A stretch of 64,000 nucleotides of DNA from the NCBI GenBank assembly GCA_003135555.1, contig PLCF01000085.1, positions 64,001 to 128,000 of the forward strand, in the 5' to 3' direction. The notes beneath the pieces were generated by a model. The model saw only the letters and a list, made by a program, of their open reading frames with translations. It was not told the DNA's origin and searched no databases. Shown here in pieces: positions 37,886 through 45,933 of this stretch. The translations under genes were made by a program, and so were the position numbers. How positions within the stretch are numbered: position 1 is the stretch's first letter; each line of letters opens with the position of its first letter. The stretch is from Vulcanimicrobiota bacterium. Its GTDB lineage: Bacteria; Vulcanimicrobiota; Vulcanimicrobiia; Vulcanimicrobiales; Vulcanimicrobiaceae.

Positions 37886-38569
37886 ATGTCCCTCGCCAGC
37901 GGAACGGTCGCCGAGCGCGTGGCGACAATGCGCGCTCGCGTTGGCGAGTTCGCCGTCGCGGCGGGGCGTGCGCGCGGGTCGGTCGCGATCCTCGCCGTCA
38001 CCAAGTCCCAGCCGGCCGAGGCGGTGCGTGCCGCGCTCGACGCCGGGCTGTCCGACGTGGGCGAGAACTACCTGCAGGAAGCGCGCGCGAAGTATGCGGA
38101 CCTGCCCCCCTGCACGAAGCACTTCGTCGGCCACGTGCAGACCAACAAGGCCAAGGCGATCGTCAAGGTGTTCGACGTCGTGCAAAGCGTCGACCGGCTC
38201 GATGCGGGCCTGGCGCTGGCGACAGGCCGCGCGCGACGCGGGGCGCCGTTTGCGCGTTCTCGTGCAAGTGAACGTTTCGCCCGGCGAACGCTTCGGAACC
38301 CGCCCCGGCCGACGCGCCGCGAGCTCGCCGCGCGGTTGCGCGCCGAAGGCTTGGCCGTCGACGGCGTGATGGCGATCGGGCCGCTCGAAGGCGACGTCGA
38401 TGCCGCGTTCGCGACCGCCCGCACCGCGTTCGAGGCGGTCGGCGGCACGACGCTGTCGCTGGGGATGTCCGACGACTGGGAGCGCGCCGTGCGTCACGGA
38501 TCGACCATGGTCCGCCTCGGGACCGCGATCTTCGGCCCCCGTCCCGCCCGAGAGAGGAGCCCGGCATGA
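37886..38569 (+). CDS. yggS: YggS/PLPBP family PLP-binding protein, with an internal out-of-frame segment
   Basis: LAVTKSQ, GENYLQEA, HFVGHVQTNK, QSVDR, LSLGMSDDW, GSTMVRLGTAIFG; VLVQVNVS lies in the +1 frame at 38222-38320. Confidence 0.88.
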   Translation: MSLASGTVAERVATMRARVGEFAVAAGRARGSVAILAVTKSQPAEAVRAALDAGLSDVGENYLQEARAKYADLPPCTKHFVGHVQTNKAKAIVKVFDVVQSVDRLDAGLALATGRARRGAPFARSRASERFARRTLRNPPRPTRRELAARLRAEGLAVDGVMAIGPLEGDVDAAFATARTAFEAVGGTTLSLGMSDDWERAVRHGSTMVRLGTAIFGPRPARERSPA

Positions 38570-38985
38570 GCGCTTTCGCCAAAGTCCTGTCCTGGTTCGC
38601 CGTTCACGACGACGAAGAGGACGATCAGCTCTACGCCGACGAGGTCGCGGCGAAGCGCAACGTCGTGCCGCTCAGCGACGCGTCGCGGCGCCCGGGGGCT
38701 TCGGTCGCGGTATTCGCGCCGCGCTCGTTCGGCGACGTGACCGAGATCGCCGACGCGCTGCGCGCGCGCCAAGTGGTGATCGTCAACGTGCAAGGCGCCG
38801 ATCGCAACCTGCTCCAGCGCGTGGTCGACTTCACCTCCGGCGTCGCGTACACGATCGACGGCCGCATCCAAAAGCTCGCCGAGGCCATCTACCTCGTGGT
38901 TCCGGCCGGCGTCCAAGTCAACTCCGCCGGCGTTCGCGAGCAACTCGACAACGACGGCATCCTGGGAATCAAGGATCTCCGCTGA
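38566..38985 (+). CDS. sepF: cell division protein SepF
   Basis: PRSFGDVTEIADAL, VIVNV, RVVDFTSGVAYTIDGRIQK, YLVVP; follows yggS. Confidence 0.93.
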   Translation: MSAFAKVLSWFAVHDDEEDDQLYADEVAAKRNVVPLSDASRRPGASVAVFAPRSFGDVTEIADALRARQVVIVNVQGADRNLLQRVVDFTSGVAYTIDGRIQKLAEAIYLVVPAGVQVNSAGVREQLDNDGILGIKDLR

Positions 38986-39551
38986 TGGCGAAAATAACGA
39001 TCGTCGACATCCAGCACAAAGAGTTCAAGAAGTCGCTGCAAGGCTACGATCGCAACGAGGTCAACGAGTTCCTCGACGAGATCATCGAGGCGCTCGAAGA
39101 CGAGAACCAGGTGCGCACGGCGCTGCAAGGTGAGATCGCCGACTTGCGCGAGCGGCTCTCACACTTCAAGGCGATGGAAGAGTCGCTGCAGTCGACGCTG
39201 CTGCTGGCGCAGCGCACCGCCGACGAAGTCAAAGCCGCGGCGCACAAGGAAGCCGACCTCATCAAGCAGGAGGCGCGCATCGTCGCGGAGCGCGAGATCT
39301 CGTCACTGTCCGACCGCATCGACGAGACGCGCCGCGACGCGCAACGCCATCAGGACACGGCCGAAAAGGCGAAGAGCGAGCTGCGCTCGCTGCTCATGTC
39401 GCACCTGTCGCTGCTCGAGCGCAATCCCAACGCGCCGGCGGTGGAACCCGCGCCAAGCGCTTCGACCGACGCGGCCAACACCGAAACCGATGCCATCGAA
39501 CAGCTCCCGCTCAACAACGGCGCGGGCACGACCCACAAGATCGTTCAGTAA
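38985..39551 (+). CDS. divIVA: DivIVA domain protein
   Basis: ITIVDIQHKEFKKSLQGYDRNEVNEFLDEI followed by coiled coil. Confidence 0.92.
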   Translation: MAKITIVDIQHKEFKKSLQGYDRNEVNEFLDEIIEALEDENQVRTALQGEIADLRERLSHFKAMEESLQSTLLLAQRTADEVKAAAHKEADLIKQEARIVAEREISSLSDRIDETRRDAQRHQDTAEKAKSELRSLLMSHLSLLERNPNAPAVEPAPSASTDAANTETDAIEQLPLNNGAGTTHKIVQ

Positions 39552-39566
39552 GCAGCGCGCGCCGCG

Positions 39567-40193
39567 CTAGGCGCGGGCGAGTTGCGCCTTCATCTCCTTG
39601 GACCCGAGCGGCTCGTTGTAGATCGGTGAACCGGGCTGCTGCTTGCGCCCGCCCTCAACGAGTCCGCCGTTGTCGACGGCGTCGAAGCCGATCTCGTCGA
39701 TCAAGTCCATCACCACGCGCTTGGCCGCGGGGTCGTCCGACGCGACGGGGATCGCGAGCCGGCCGCTGGTACCGCCGGGTTTCCCTTCGGTCGCCAGCCG
39801 CTTGTAGTAGATCGTGTTGAACGCCTTGACGACGCGCGCCCCGGGGACCAGCGCGCGCGTGAACTCGGTCGAGGTCTTCGAGCCGAGGTCTTCGATCTCG
39901 AAGTCCTCGGTGTACGCGTTCATCGCGTCGATCACGATCTTGTCGTCCCAACCCTCGATCTCGCCCAGCGCCTCTTCGCGCTTGGTCCACGGAACGGCGA
40001 TGAGCACGACGTCGCTCGAATCGACAGCATCCTGTGCGTTGGCCGCCTCGGCGTTGGGGCCGATCTCCGCGACGAGCGACTTCAGGGACGCCGGACCGCG
40101 GGAGTTGGCGATCCGTACGTGATGGCCCGCGGCGGCGAATACGCGCGCAGCATTCGCTCCGATGTTGCCGGAGCCCAAGATCCCGATCTGCAT
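39567..40193 (-). CDS. NADPH-dependent F420 reductase family oxidoreductase
   Basis: IGILGSGNIG, ANSRGP, VIDAMN, VVKAFNTI, IGFDAVD, QQPGSP. Confidence 0.88.
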   Translation of the reverse strand: MQIGILGSGNIGANAARVFAAAGHHVRIANSRGPASLKSLVAEIGPNAEAANAQDAVDSSDVVLIAVPWTKREEALGEIEGWDDKIVIDAMNAYTEDFEIEDLGSKTSTEFTRALVPGARVVKAFNTIYYKRLATEGKPGGTSGRLAIPVASDDPAAKRVVMDLIDEIGFDAVDNGGLVEGGRKQQPGSPIYNEPLGSKEMKAQLARA

Positions 40194-40393
40194 CCCATCC
40201 TCATCCGGCGGGGGAGACCGCTCCCGCCGCCGCTCCCCGGGTTTACGCCACCGAGGAGGCAGCGTCCCGGCACCGGCGCCCGGGCCAGGCGCCACAGCCA
40301 AGCGGTATGGGTTATGCGGAATTGAATAAGCTAGTTTACAATTATGGGAATCGGTGCTACCCTTTTGGTCCACCCCGCCAAGGAGCCTACGCA

Positions 40394-40777
40394 ATGACTG
40401 TCGCTTCCGCACGCGCTCCGGCGCGGGAGGTTCTCCGTGTCAACGTCATCGTCTGGCGGGCAAAGGCTAGACTCTCCCAAGAACAGCTCGCGGATCGCGC
40501 CGGGATCTCCCGGCCAACCCTCTCCCGCGTTGAACGTGCGGCGGGCGATGTTGGGCTCGATGTTATCGAACGAATCGCCAGCGCGCTCGGTGTCGCCGTC
40601 GCGGAGCTCCTCGTTCCGCCGAGCGAAGCTCGCGTGGACGACCGCGAGCTGGCGCGGCGCGCGGCCGCAGCGGAAGACGAGTTTGTCGATGCCGACGCGC
40701 TTCTCGAAGCCATCGACGAAGCCGCCGGACCTATCGAACGCTACAGCCGCGCCGGACGACCGTCTTTGGCGCGTTAG
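40394..40777 (+). CDS. XRE-family HTH protein, probable antitoxin
   Basis: LSQEQLADRAGISRPTLSRVER...RIASALGV; acidic C-terminal tail; AGGAG RBS. Confidence 0.85.
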   Translation: MTVASARAPAREVLRVNVIVWRAKARLSQEQLADRAGISRPTLSRVERAAGDVGLDVIERIASALGVAVAELLVPPSEARVDDRELARRAAAAEDEFVDADALLEAIDEAAGPIERYSRAGRPSLAR

Positions 40778-41057
40778 GCTGCATCGCGAAGTCCAGAAAG
40801 TCGTGGCCCTGCACGGACAAGACTCTGAGATTTTTCGGCCGACCATCGGGCAGCTCATCGACGCGCTGAAGTCGAACCCAAAACAGTTCCCGAAGAAGAA
40901 CGGCCCGCTCAAAGACGCCCGCGCTGCAGATCTTAGGTTCGCGAACGGTATCGTATGGCGCGCCGTCTTCACGGTATACGAAGCCGACCGAACCGTGAAA
41001 CTGTTGTCGCTGGCTCGGCACGACGACGCATACAATGAAGCGATGCGTCGCATTTGA
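40689..41057 (+). CDS. RelE/ParE-like toxin
   Basis: WRVRLHREVQK...LKSNP...WRAVFTVYEADRTVKLLSLARHDDAY; basic; overlaps antitoxin; start uncertain. Confidence 0.7.
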   Translation: MPTRFSKPSTKPPDLSNATAAPDDRLWRVRLHREVQKVVALHGQDSEIFRPTIGQLIDALKSNPKQFPKKNGPLKDARAADLRFANGIVWRAVFTVYEADRTVKLLSLARHDDAYNEAMRRI

Positions 41058-41094
41058 TTGCTAGCGGGCTGCGAGTCTCTTAGCCTCAGCGCGT

Positions 41095-41266
41095 CGCGCA
41101 GCGCGCCTTCGAGACGCCGCAGCGGACCTTGCTCGCGATCGACGCAACGCGCGAAGAGTCGGCCAACGACGTGGCGCGCGTCCAATGAACGGCGCCATGT
41201 TCGCGGCGGCCAGCGGGATGGCGGCGCCAGCAGACGCAGCTCGAGATCGTCGCCGACAACCTCGCC
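41095..41266 (+). repeat. diverged direct repeat of 43703-43873 (pseudogene fragment of the flagellar rod gene junction)
   Basis: 172 vs 171 bp; 7 substitutions and 1 indel by manual alignment. Confidence 0.9.
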
Positions 41267-41315
41267 GCAGGCATTCGGCGTTCACGCGGCGGGGCACCGT
41301 CGGCCGCGGGGCGGA

Positions 41316-42062
41316 TCAAGTCGGCGCGTTGATCGGCTCGGGGGCACTCGCCCTGGTCCGGTTCGGGACCGAAGCGCGCATCACGAAGGGCTTGGCCGGC
41401 TCATTGGTGACGTCGGCGACGTCGACGAAACCCACCCCGCGTGTGAGGTTCTTGGCGCACTCCGGCGTCGGGACCCAGGCCACGGTCGGATCCCACAGGC
41501 GCGCCCCCTCAGGCCCGCTTTCAATGCCGGAAGGGTGGAACAACGCCAGCGAGAGGTCGCGGTACTTCGGATCGTCGGTCACCAGCGTTTGCAATAGCAT
41601 GTCGCCGCTGCACACGTCGAAGATCTTTTCGAGCGCGTACCAGGGATGTCTGAGATGGTACAGCACCCCGAAGAACATGACGAGGTCGAACGTTCCGAAC
41701 GTCCGCGGCGAGAGGTCGTACACACTGCAGAGATAGGGGTCGACCTTCGATCCGATCGCATCGCGCACGATTCCGAAGCGCTGGATCGCGGGCGCGAACG
41801 AGTCGATGGCAACGACTTCGGCGGCACCCCGGCGCTCCGCTTCGAACGAGAAGAAACCCTCGGCGCAGCCGACGTCGAGCACGCGCATGCCGTCCAGGCG
41901 TTCGGGAAGCCCGTAGTACGGCAGCTTCTCCACGACCGGGTCGGACCAACCCGGCGTTATCAGATCGTCGTAGATCTGAATGCGGTGGAACCAGTGCGGG
42001 TGTTGCGCGACGCGCGCCTCCACCCATGCTCGAAGAGGCTGAGCGGGATTCGCGCTAGTCAT
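41316..42062 (-). CDS. SAM-dependent methyltransferase (DUF1698/CmoB-like)
   Basis: WFHRI, RVLDVGCAEGFFSFEAERRGA, FDLVMFFGVLYHLRHP; alternative GTG start at 42086. Confidence 0.85.
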   Translation of the reverse strand: MTSANPAQPLRAWVEARVAQHPHWFHRIQIYDDLITPGWSDPVVEKLPYYGLPERLDGMRVLDVGCAEGFFSFEAERRGAAEVVAIDSFAPAIQRFGIVRDAIGSKVDPYLCSVYDLSPRTFGTFDLVMFFGVLYHLRHPWYALEKIFDVCSGDMLLQTLVTDDPKYRDLSLALFHPSGIESGPEGARLWDPTVAWVPTPECAKNLTRGVGFVDVADVTNEPAKPFVMRASVPNRTRASAPEPINAPT

Positions 42063-42119
42063 GCGAGTGAGCGATTCGTTCGGCACGGCACACTTCCTCG
42101 GCGCGTTAAGCTGCCCGGT

Positions 42120-43109
42120 TCACTTCGCTTCCGTCAAAGTGACTCGATCGAGCCGATACGCTCCTGATTGGGTGACAACTGTCCAGGTGCCGACATATCG
42201 GCTGGTGACCGTCCCGCTGCCGGTGTGGTCCGTCGATACGATCTCGACGCCGATCGCCATTGGTTGACCCGTGACCATCGTCTTTGTGGAGATGCTGACG
42301 ACCGTCGAGTGCGACCGTTCCCACGCCGCATAGGGGTGCGCCGCCCGGTAGCCATTGGAGAGAAGCGCGTACGCCTCGTGCAAGCGATGGTGGTTCCAGA
42401 GCTCGTAAAACGTCCGTACGACCGCCGCGGCTCCAGGCGAAACACGCGCTGCATGCACCGAGCAGTTGTAGATCGGGAACTTGCACACATCGGAAGCAGG
42501 CACTCCCTGCAATCGCAGGTCGTCGCCGCTCATCGCGCCGCCCCCGCCGGCAACGTGCTTCCACGCCTTACCTTCATGGCGATAGAGCGAGTCGCCGCCG
42601 CCGGCCCCGTAATGTTCCGTAACGGCGTAATCACCGATCACCACAGCGTAGGGCACGAACGGTGCGTCTTCTTGCGCACGGACGGCAGCGACGTCAGCGA
42701 CCGGGCCGATGTCCCGGTCGTCACGCGCACATTCGGGACTGACGCTTTTGATGACCGGCATCCCGCGGAGCAACCGGGCGCGGACCGTCGGCGGAAGCTG
42801 GTCGACGACCTTCGCTGCGCAAGGACTTTGGAACGTGTCAACGGCCTGCCACCCGAACGAATATCTCTTCAAGAGAATGACGGCGTCGCTGTTGGTCTGA
42901 CCCTCCATACTTCCGCCCCGGATCTCGGCGATCGCGTAGGAGCCGACAACGTTGGTGCGAACCGCGCGTGGTGTCGATGTGCCGGCATAAAACACGTTCG
43001 CCGCCGCCGCTTGAGCAGACGCGTACCGACGGGCTTCGGACGCGCCGGATAAGCCACACAGACGAGCCGCCATCACGAGGGCGGCCAACACGATAAAGAC
43101 CGGTTTCAT
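42120..43109 (-). CDS. secreted hypothetical protein
   Basis: 329-aa ORF with signal peptide; C-terminal VVRTFYELWN...AYALLS NTF2-like segment. Confidence 0.7.
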   Translation of the reverse strand: MKPVFIVLAALVMAARLCGLSGASEARRYASAQAAAANVFYAGTSTPRAVRTNVVGSYAIAEIRGGSMEGQTNSDAVILLKRYSFGWQAVDTFQSPCAAKVVDQLPPTVRARLLRGMPVIKSVSPECARDDRDIGPVADVAAVRAQEDAPFVPYAVVIGDYAVTEHYGAGGGDSLYRHEGKAWKHVAGGGGAMSGDDLRLQGVPASDVCKFPIYNCSVHAARVSPGAAAVVRTFYELWNHHRLHEAYALLSNGYRAAHPYAAWERSHSTVVSISTKTMVTGQPMAIGVEIVSTDHTGSGTVTSRYVGTWTVVTQSGAYRLDRVTLTEAK

Positions 43110-43208
43110 CCTGGACTAGCATAGCGCTAAGAGCCGTCGGCGCAAAGCTGCATCGTCTGCCATACGGCGTTCACAGGCCGGCAACCACACGCTGCCTAGC
43201 ATCGGGGC

Positions 43209-43796
43209 ATGGACGGACTGGAATGGACGGCCAGCGCGATGCGTGCGGCTCGGGCGCAGCTCGACCTCGCCACGCACAACCTGGCCAACGCCTCGACCGA
43301 CGGTTACCGTAAGGCTGTCGCCCACGTCGCGCTGACCGCGCGCGGCCTCGCGGTCGCGTCGCAGGTCACCGACGAACAGGGCGCGGTCCGCACCACCGGG
43401 CGGCGCTTCGATCTCACGCTGCTCGGCGCGGGTGCGTTCCGGGTCGGCCAGGGCTCGACGCGCGAGGGCGCGTTCACCCGCAGTCGCGACGGCTTGCTGA
43501 CCGACGACCGCGGGCGCGCTTTGCACGGCGCGTGCGGCGCGTTGCGCGTCTCCGCGGAAGCGACGATCGCCGCCGACGGCAGCGTGCTCGACCACGGCCG
43601 CGTCGTCGACCGCATCCCGCTCCCGGCGGGAACGCACGTGCTCCCCGGCGCGCTCGAGTCGAGCACTGTCAACCCGATCGATGAGACGCTGGCGATTCTG
43701 GGCGCGCAGCGCGCCTTCGAGACGGCGCAGCGGACCTTGCTCGCGATCGATGCGACCCGCGAAAAGTCGGCCAACGACGTGGCGCGCGTCCAATGA
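43209..43796 (+). CDS. flagellar basal-body rod protein (FlgF-like, short)
   Basis: THNLANASTDGY, TGRRFDLTL, TREGAF, GALESSTVN, QRAFE. Confidence 0.85.
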   Translation: MDGLEWTASAMRAARAQLDLATHNLANASTDGYRKAVAHVALTARGLAVASQVTDEQGAVRTTGRRFDLTLLGAGAFRVGQGSTREGAFTRSRDGLLTDDRGRALHGACGALRVSAEATIAADGSVLDHGRVVDRIPLPAGTHVLPGALESSTVNPIDETLAILGAQRAFETAQRTLLAIDATREKSANDVARVQ

Positions 43797-43873
43797 ACCG
43801 CGCCATGTTCGCGGCGGCGAGCGGGATGGCGGCGCAGCAGACGCAGCTCGAGATCGTCGCCGACAACCTCGCC
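43703..43873 (+). repeat. intact copy of the 41095-41266 repeat
   Basis: Spans the ATGA overlap of the two rod genes. Confidence 0.9.
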
Positions 43874-44518
43874 AATGCCGACGTCGCCGGTTTCAAGGGT
43901 GCCAGCGCGACCTTCGCCGACGTGCGCGCCGGCGCGCTGGGGTTGGGGACGACCAGCGTCGGCAAGCACGCCGTGTTCGCGCAAGGAAAGCTCGTGCGCA
44001 GCGGCGGCCCGTTCGATCTGGCGATCGACGGACCGGGCTTCTTCGCTGTGGAGCGCCACGGCGCGCGCGGTTACACCCGCAACGGCGAGTTCGCTCGCGA
44101 CGCCGACGGAACGCTGCGCAATAGTGCCGGCTGGGCGCTCTCGGGCGTGCGCATCCCCGCCGGCGCGCTGGCTGCGCGGGTCGAGCGCGACGGGCGCGTC
44201 GTGATCGACACCGCGGCTGCGAAGGGACGCACCGTTGCGCATTTGCGCCTAGCGGCCTTTGCTTCGCCTGAGGCATTGCGCCCGCTCGGTGCGACGCTGT
44301 TCGCGGCGACCGAGGGATCGGGACGCGCGCGCCTGTTCGCGCCCGGCGCGCACGATGGTCCGTCGATCGCGTTCGGGATGCTCGAACGCTCCAACGTCTC
44401 GATCATCGAGGCGATGATGCAGATCCTCGGCGCGCAGCGCGCGTACGAGGCGAACGCCAAAGGGGTGCAAGCCGCCGATGAGATGCTGCGGATCGCCAAC
44501 AACCTCCACCGCGGCTGA
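43793..44518 (+). CDS. flgG: flagellar basal-body rod protein FlgG-like
   Basis: AASGMAAQQTQLEIVADNLANAD.AGFK, DLAIDGPGFF, YTRNGEF, LERSNVS, QRAYEANAK. Confidence 0.88.
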   Translation: MNRAMFAAASGMAAQQTQLEIVADNLANADVAGFKGASATFADVRAGALGLGTTSVGKHAVFAQGKLVRSGGPFDLAIDGPGFFAVERHGARGYTRNGEFARDADGTLRNSAGWALSGVRIPAGALAARVERDGRVVIDTAAAKGRTVAHLRLAAFASPEALRPLGATLFAATEGSGRARLFAPGAHDGPSIAFGMLERSNVSIIEAMMQILGAQRAYEANAKGVQAADEMLRIANNLHRG

Positions 44519-44663
44519 GCCCGCGGCCATCCGCGCGCAGGATGTGGTCAACGCGGTCCTGTTCCGCGAGATTCTCAAGCCGCTGGCGCAGGGGCTCGGC
44601 CCGCTTGCGGAGGTCGCGCTGGGGGCGGTCGCGGACGAGCTGTTCGTGCGCCCGCGCCGATGA
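44478..44663 (+). CDS. small protein, possibly a minimal FlgJ-like rod-binding domain
   Basis: QDVVNAVLFREILKPL; lies between flgG and the sigma factor with ATGA overlap. Confidence 0.45.
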   Translation: MRCCGSPTTSTAAEPAAIRAQDVVNAVLFREILKPLAQGLGPLAEVALGAVADELFVRPRR

Positions 44664-45352
44664 GCGTCGACACACGTGAGGCGCGCATTCGGGAGCTGCT
44701 GCCGCTGGTGCGGCAGGTGGCGCGGCGCGTCCGCCGGATGGTTCCCGGCGCCGAGGTCGACGAGCTCGTCGGCGACGGTAACGTCGGACTGATCCGCGCC
44801 GTCGACAGCTTCGATCCGGCTCGCGGCGTTCCGCTCGAGCAGTACGCGCGCCGCGTGATCCTGGGTGCCATGCTCAACGGCGTGCGCCGGATGGATCCGG
44901 TCGCGGAGCGAATGCGCCGCACGATCCGCATCGCCGAGCGAGCGCGCTACGCGCTCGCGCATCGGCTGGGGACGCTTCCGACGTACAACGCGATGGAAGC
45001 GCAGGTGCCGGCGCTCGCGCGGGCGCGCACCGAGGCGCATCGCCGCGTCCCGCTCTCGCTCGACGCGCCGTTGCCGATCGGCGAGCGGCTCGCGCCCGAT
45101 GCGAGCGGTGACCCGCAAGCGGTCGTCGCCGCAGCGGTCGAGCGCGAACGGTTGCGCGGCGCGATCGCGGCGCTGCCGCAGCGCCAGCGCCACATCGTGC
45201 TCGCGCACTATTTCTGCGAGCGGCCGCTGCGCGAGCTGGTGGCGCCGCTCCACGTCTCGCCGCAGCGCGTCTCGCAGTTGCACCTGCTCGCGGTCGCGCG
45301 GCTGCGCGCTGCACTGACGGATGTCACGCTGCGCGCGAGCTCGGGCCCGTGA
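44660..45352 (+). CDS. sigma-70 family sigma factor, FliA/WhiG-like
   Basis: LPLVRQVARR, GLIRAVDSFDPARG, GAMLNGVRRMD, LSLDAP, VSPQRVSQLH. Confidence 0.85.
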   Translation: MSVDTREARIRELLPLVRQVARRVRRMVPGAEVDELVGDGNVGLIRAVDSFDPARGVPLEQYARRVILGAMLNGVRRMDPVAERMRRTIRIAERARYALAHRLGTLPTYNAMEAQVPALARARTEAHRRVPLSLDAPLPIGERLAPDASGDPQAVVAAAVERERLRGAIAALPQRQRHIVLAHYFCERPLRELVAPLHVSPQRVSQLHLLAVARLRAALTDVTLRASSGP

Positions 45353-45648
45353 AGGACGCCGCCGCCCCCGGTCCCCCGCGCGAGCCGTTGCTCGCGGCGG
45401 CAACCCCGGCCGTCCTCACCGCCCCGTTGGGGCCGTATGCGGACGTCGAGCCGGCGTCGTTGCCGCGCGACCACCCCGCCTGGCCACGCGACGTGCTCGC
45501 GGTCTCGGCGCGCGTGCGCGCCGTCATTGCGCAGCTGCGTCCGGTCGTCGTGCGCGTGCTGTCGTTTTGGGACCACGCCGTCCGCGGCGTCACCGTCGGC
45601 GCCCGGCGCCTCGAGATCGACCCGAGCGGCTGCTATCGCCTGCGTTAA
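45349..45648 (+). CDS. hypothetical protein
   Basis: 99-aa ORF with GTGA overlap to the sigma factor gene. Confidence 0.55.
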   Translation: MKDAAAPGPPREPLLAAATPAVLTAPLGPYADVEPASLPRDHPAWPRDVLAVSARVRAVIAQLRPVVVRVLSFWDHAVRGVTVGARRLEIDPSGCYRLR

Positions 45649-45702
45649 AGTCCGCTTCCCAAGCGAGGGCTGATATGGGCTAATCCCGACTGTTTTGAGG
45701 CA

Positions 45703-45720
45703 GTGGCTCATTTGCGCCAC
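45703..45720. promoter_or_regulatory. imperfect 18-bp palindrome, candidate operator
   Basis: GTGGCTCA-TT-TGCGCCAC, 21 nt upstream of the peptide ATG. Confidence 0.4.
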
Positions 45721-45741
45721 AAATCCGTTGGGAGATTCACC

Positions 45742-45879
45742 ATGACCACCATCCTGCTGGCTGCCGCCATCGTGGCGGGCCTGCTCTTGGGCGCCCCCGC
45801 GACCGGCGCCAACTCGGCGGCGACGAACACCCCAGCCTCGAGCAGCGATGCTCTTTCCGGAAACGGGCCTCCGGGATAG
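45742..45879 (+). CDS. 45-aa secreted pro-peptide, candidate signalling peptide precursor
   Basis: GGAG RBS; MTTILLAAAIVAGLLLGAPATGA-NSAATNTPASSSDALSGNGPPG*; followed by terminator. Confidence 0.75.
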   Translation: MTTILLAAAIVAGLLLGAPATGANSAATNTPASSSDALSGNGPPG

Positions 45880-45892
45880 CCTGTTCTAGGCA

Positions 45893-45926
45893 GGAGGAGG
45901 CGCCCGTGGTGGCGCCTCCTCTCTTT
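45893..45926 (+). terminator. intrinsic terminator between peptide and regulator genes
   Basis: GGAGGAGGCGCC-cgtggt-GGCGCCTCCTCT then CTTT. Confidence 0.7.
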
Positions 45927-45933
45927 GGTCACC

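Noticed and set aside
40300..43873. Prophage, ICE or IS element explaining the TA pair and duplication
   Set aside because: No integrase, transposase, terminal inverted repeats or tRNA target visible.
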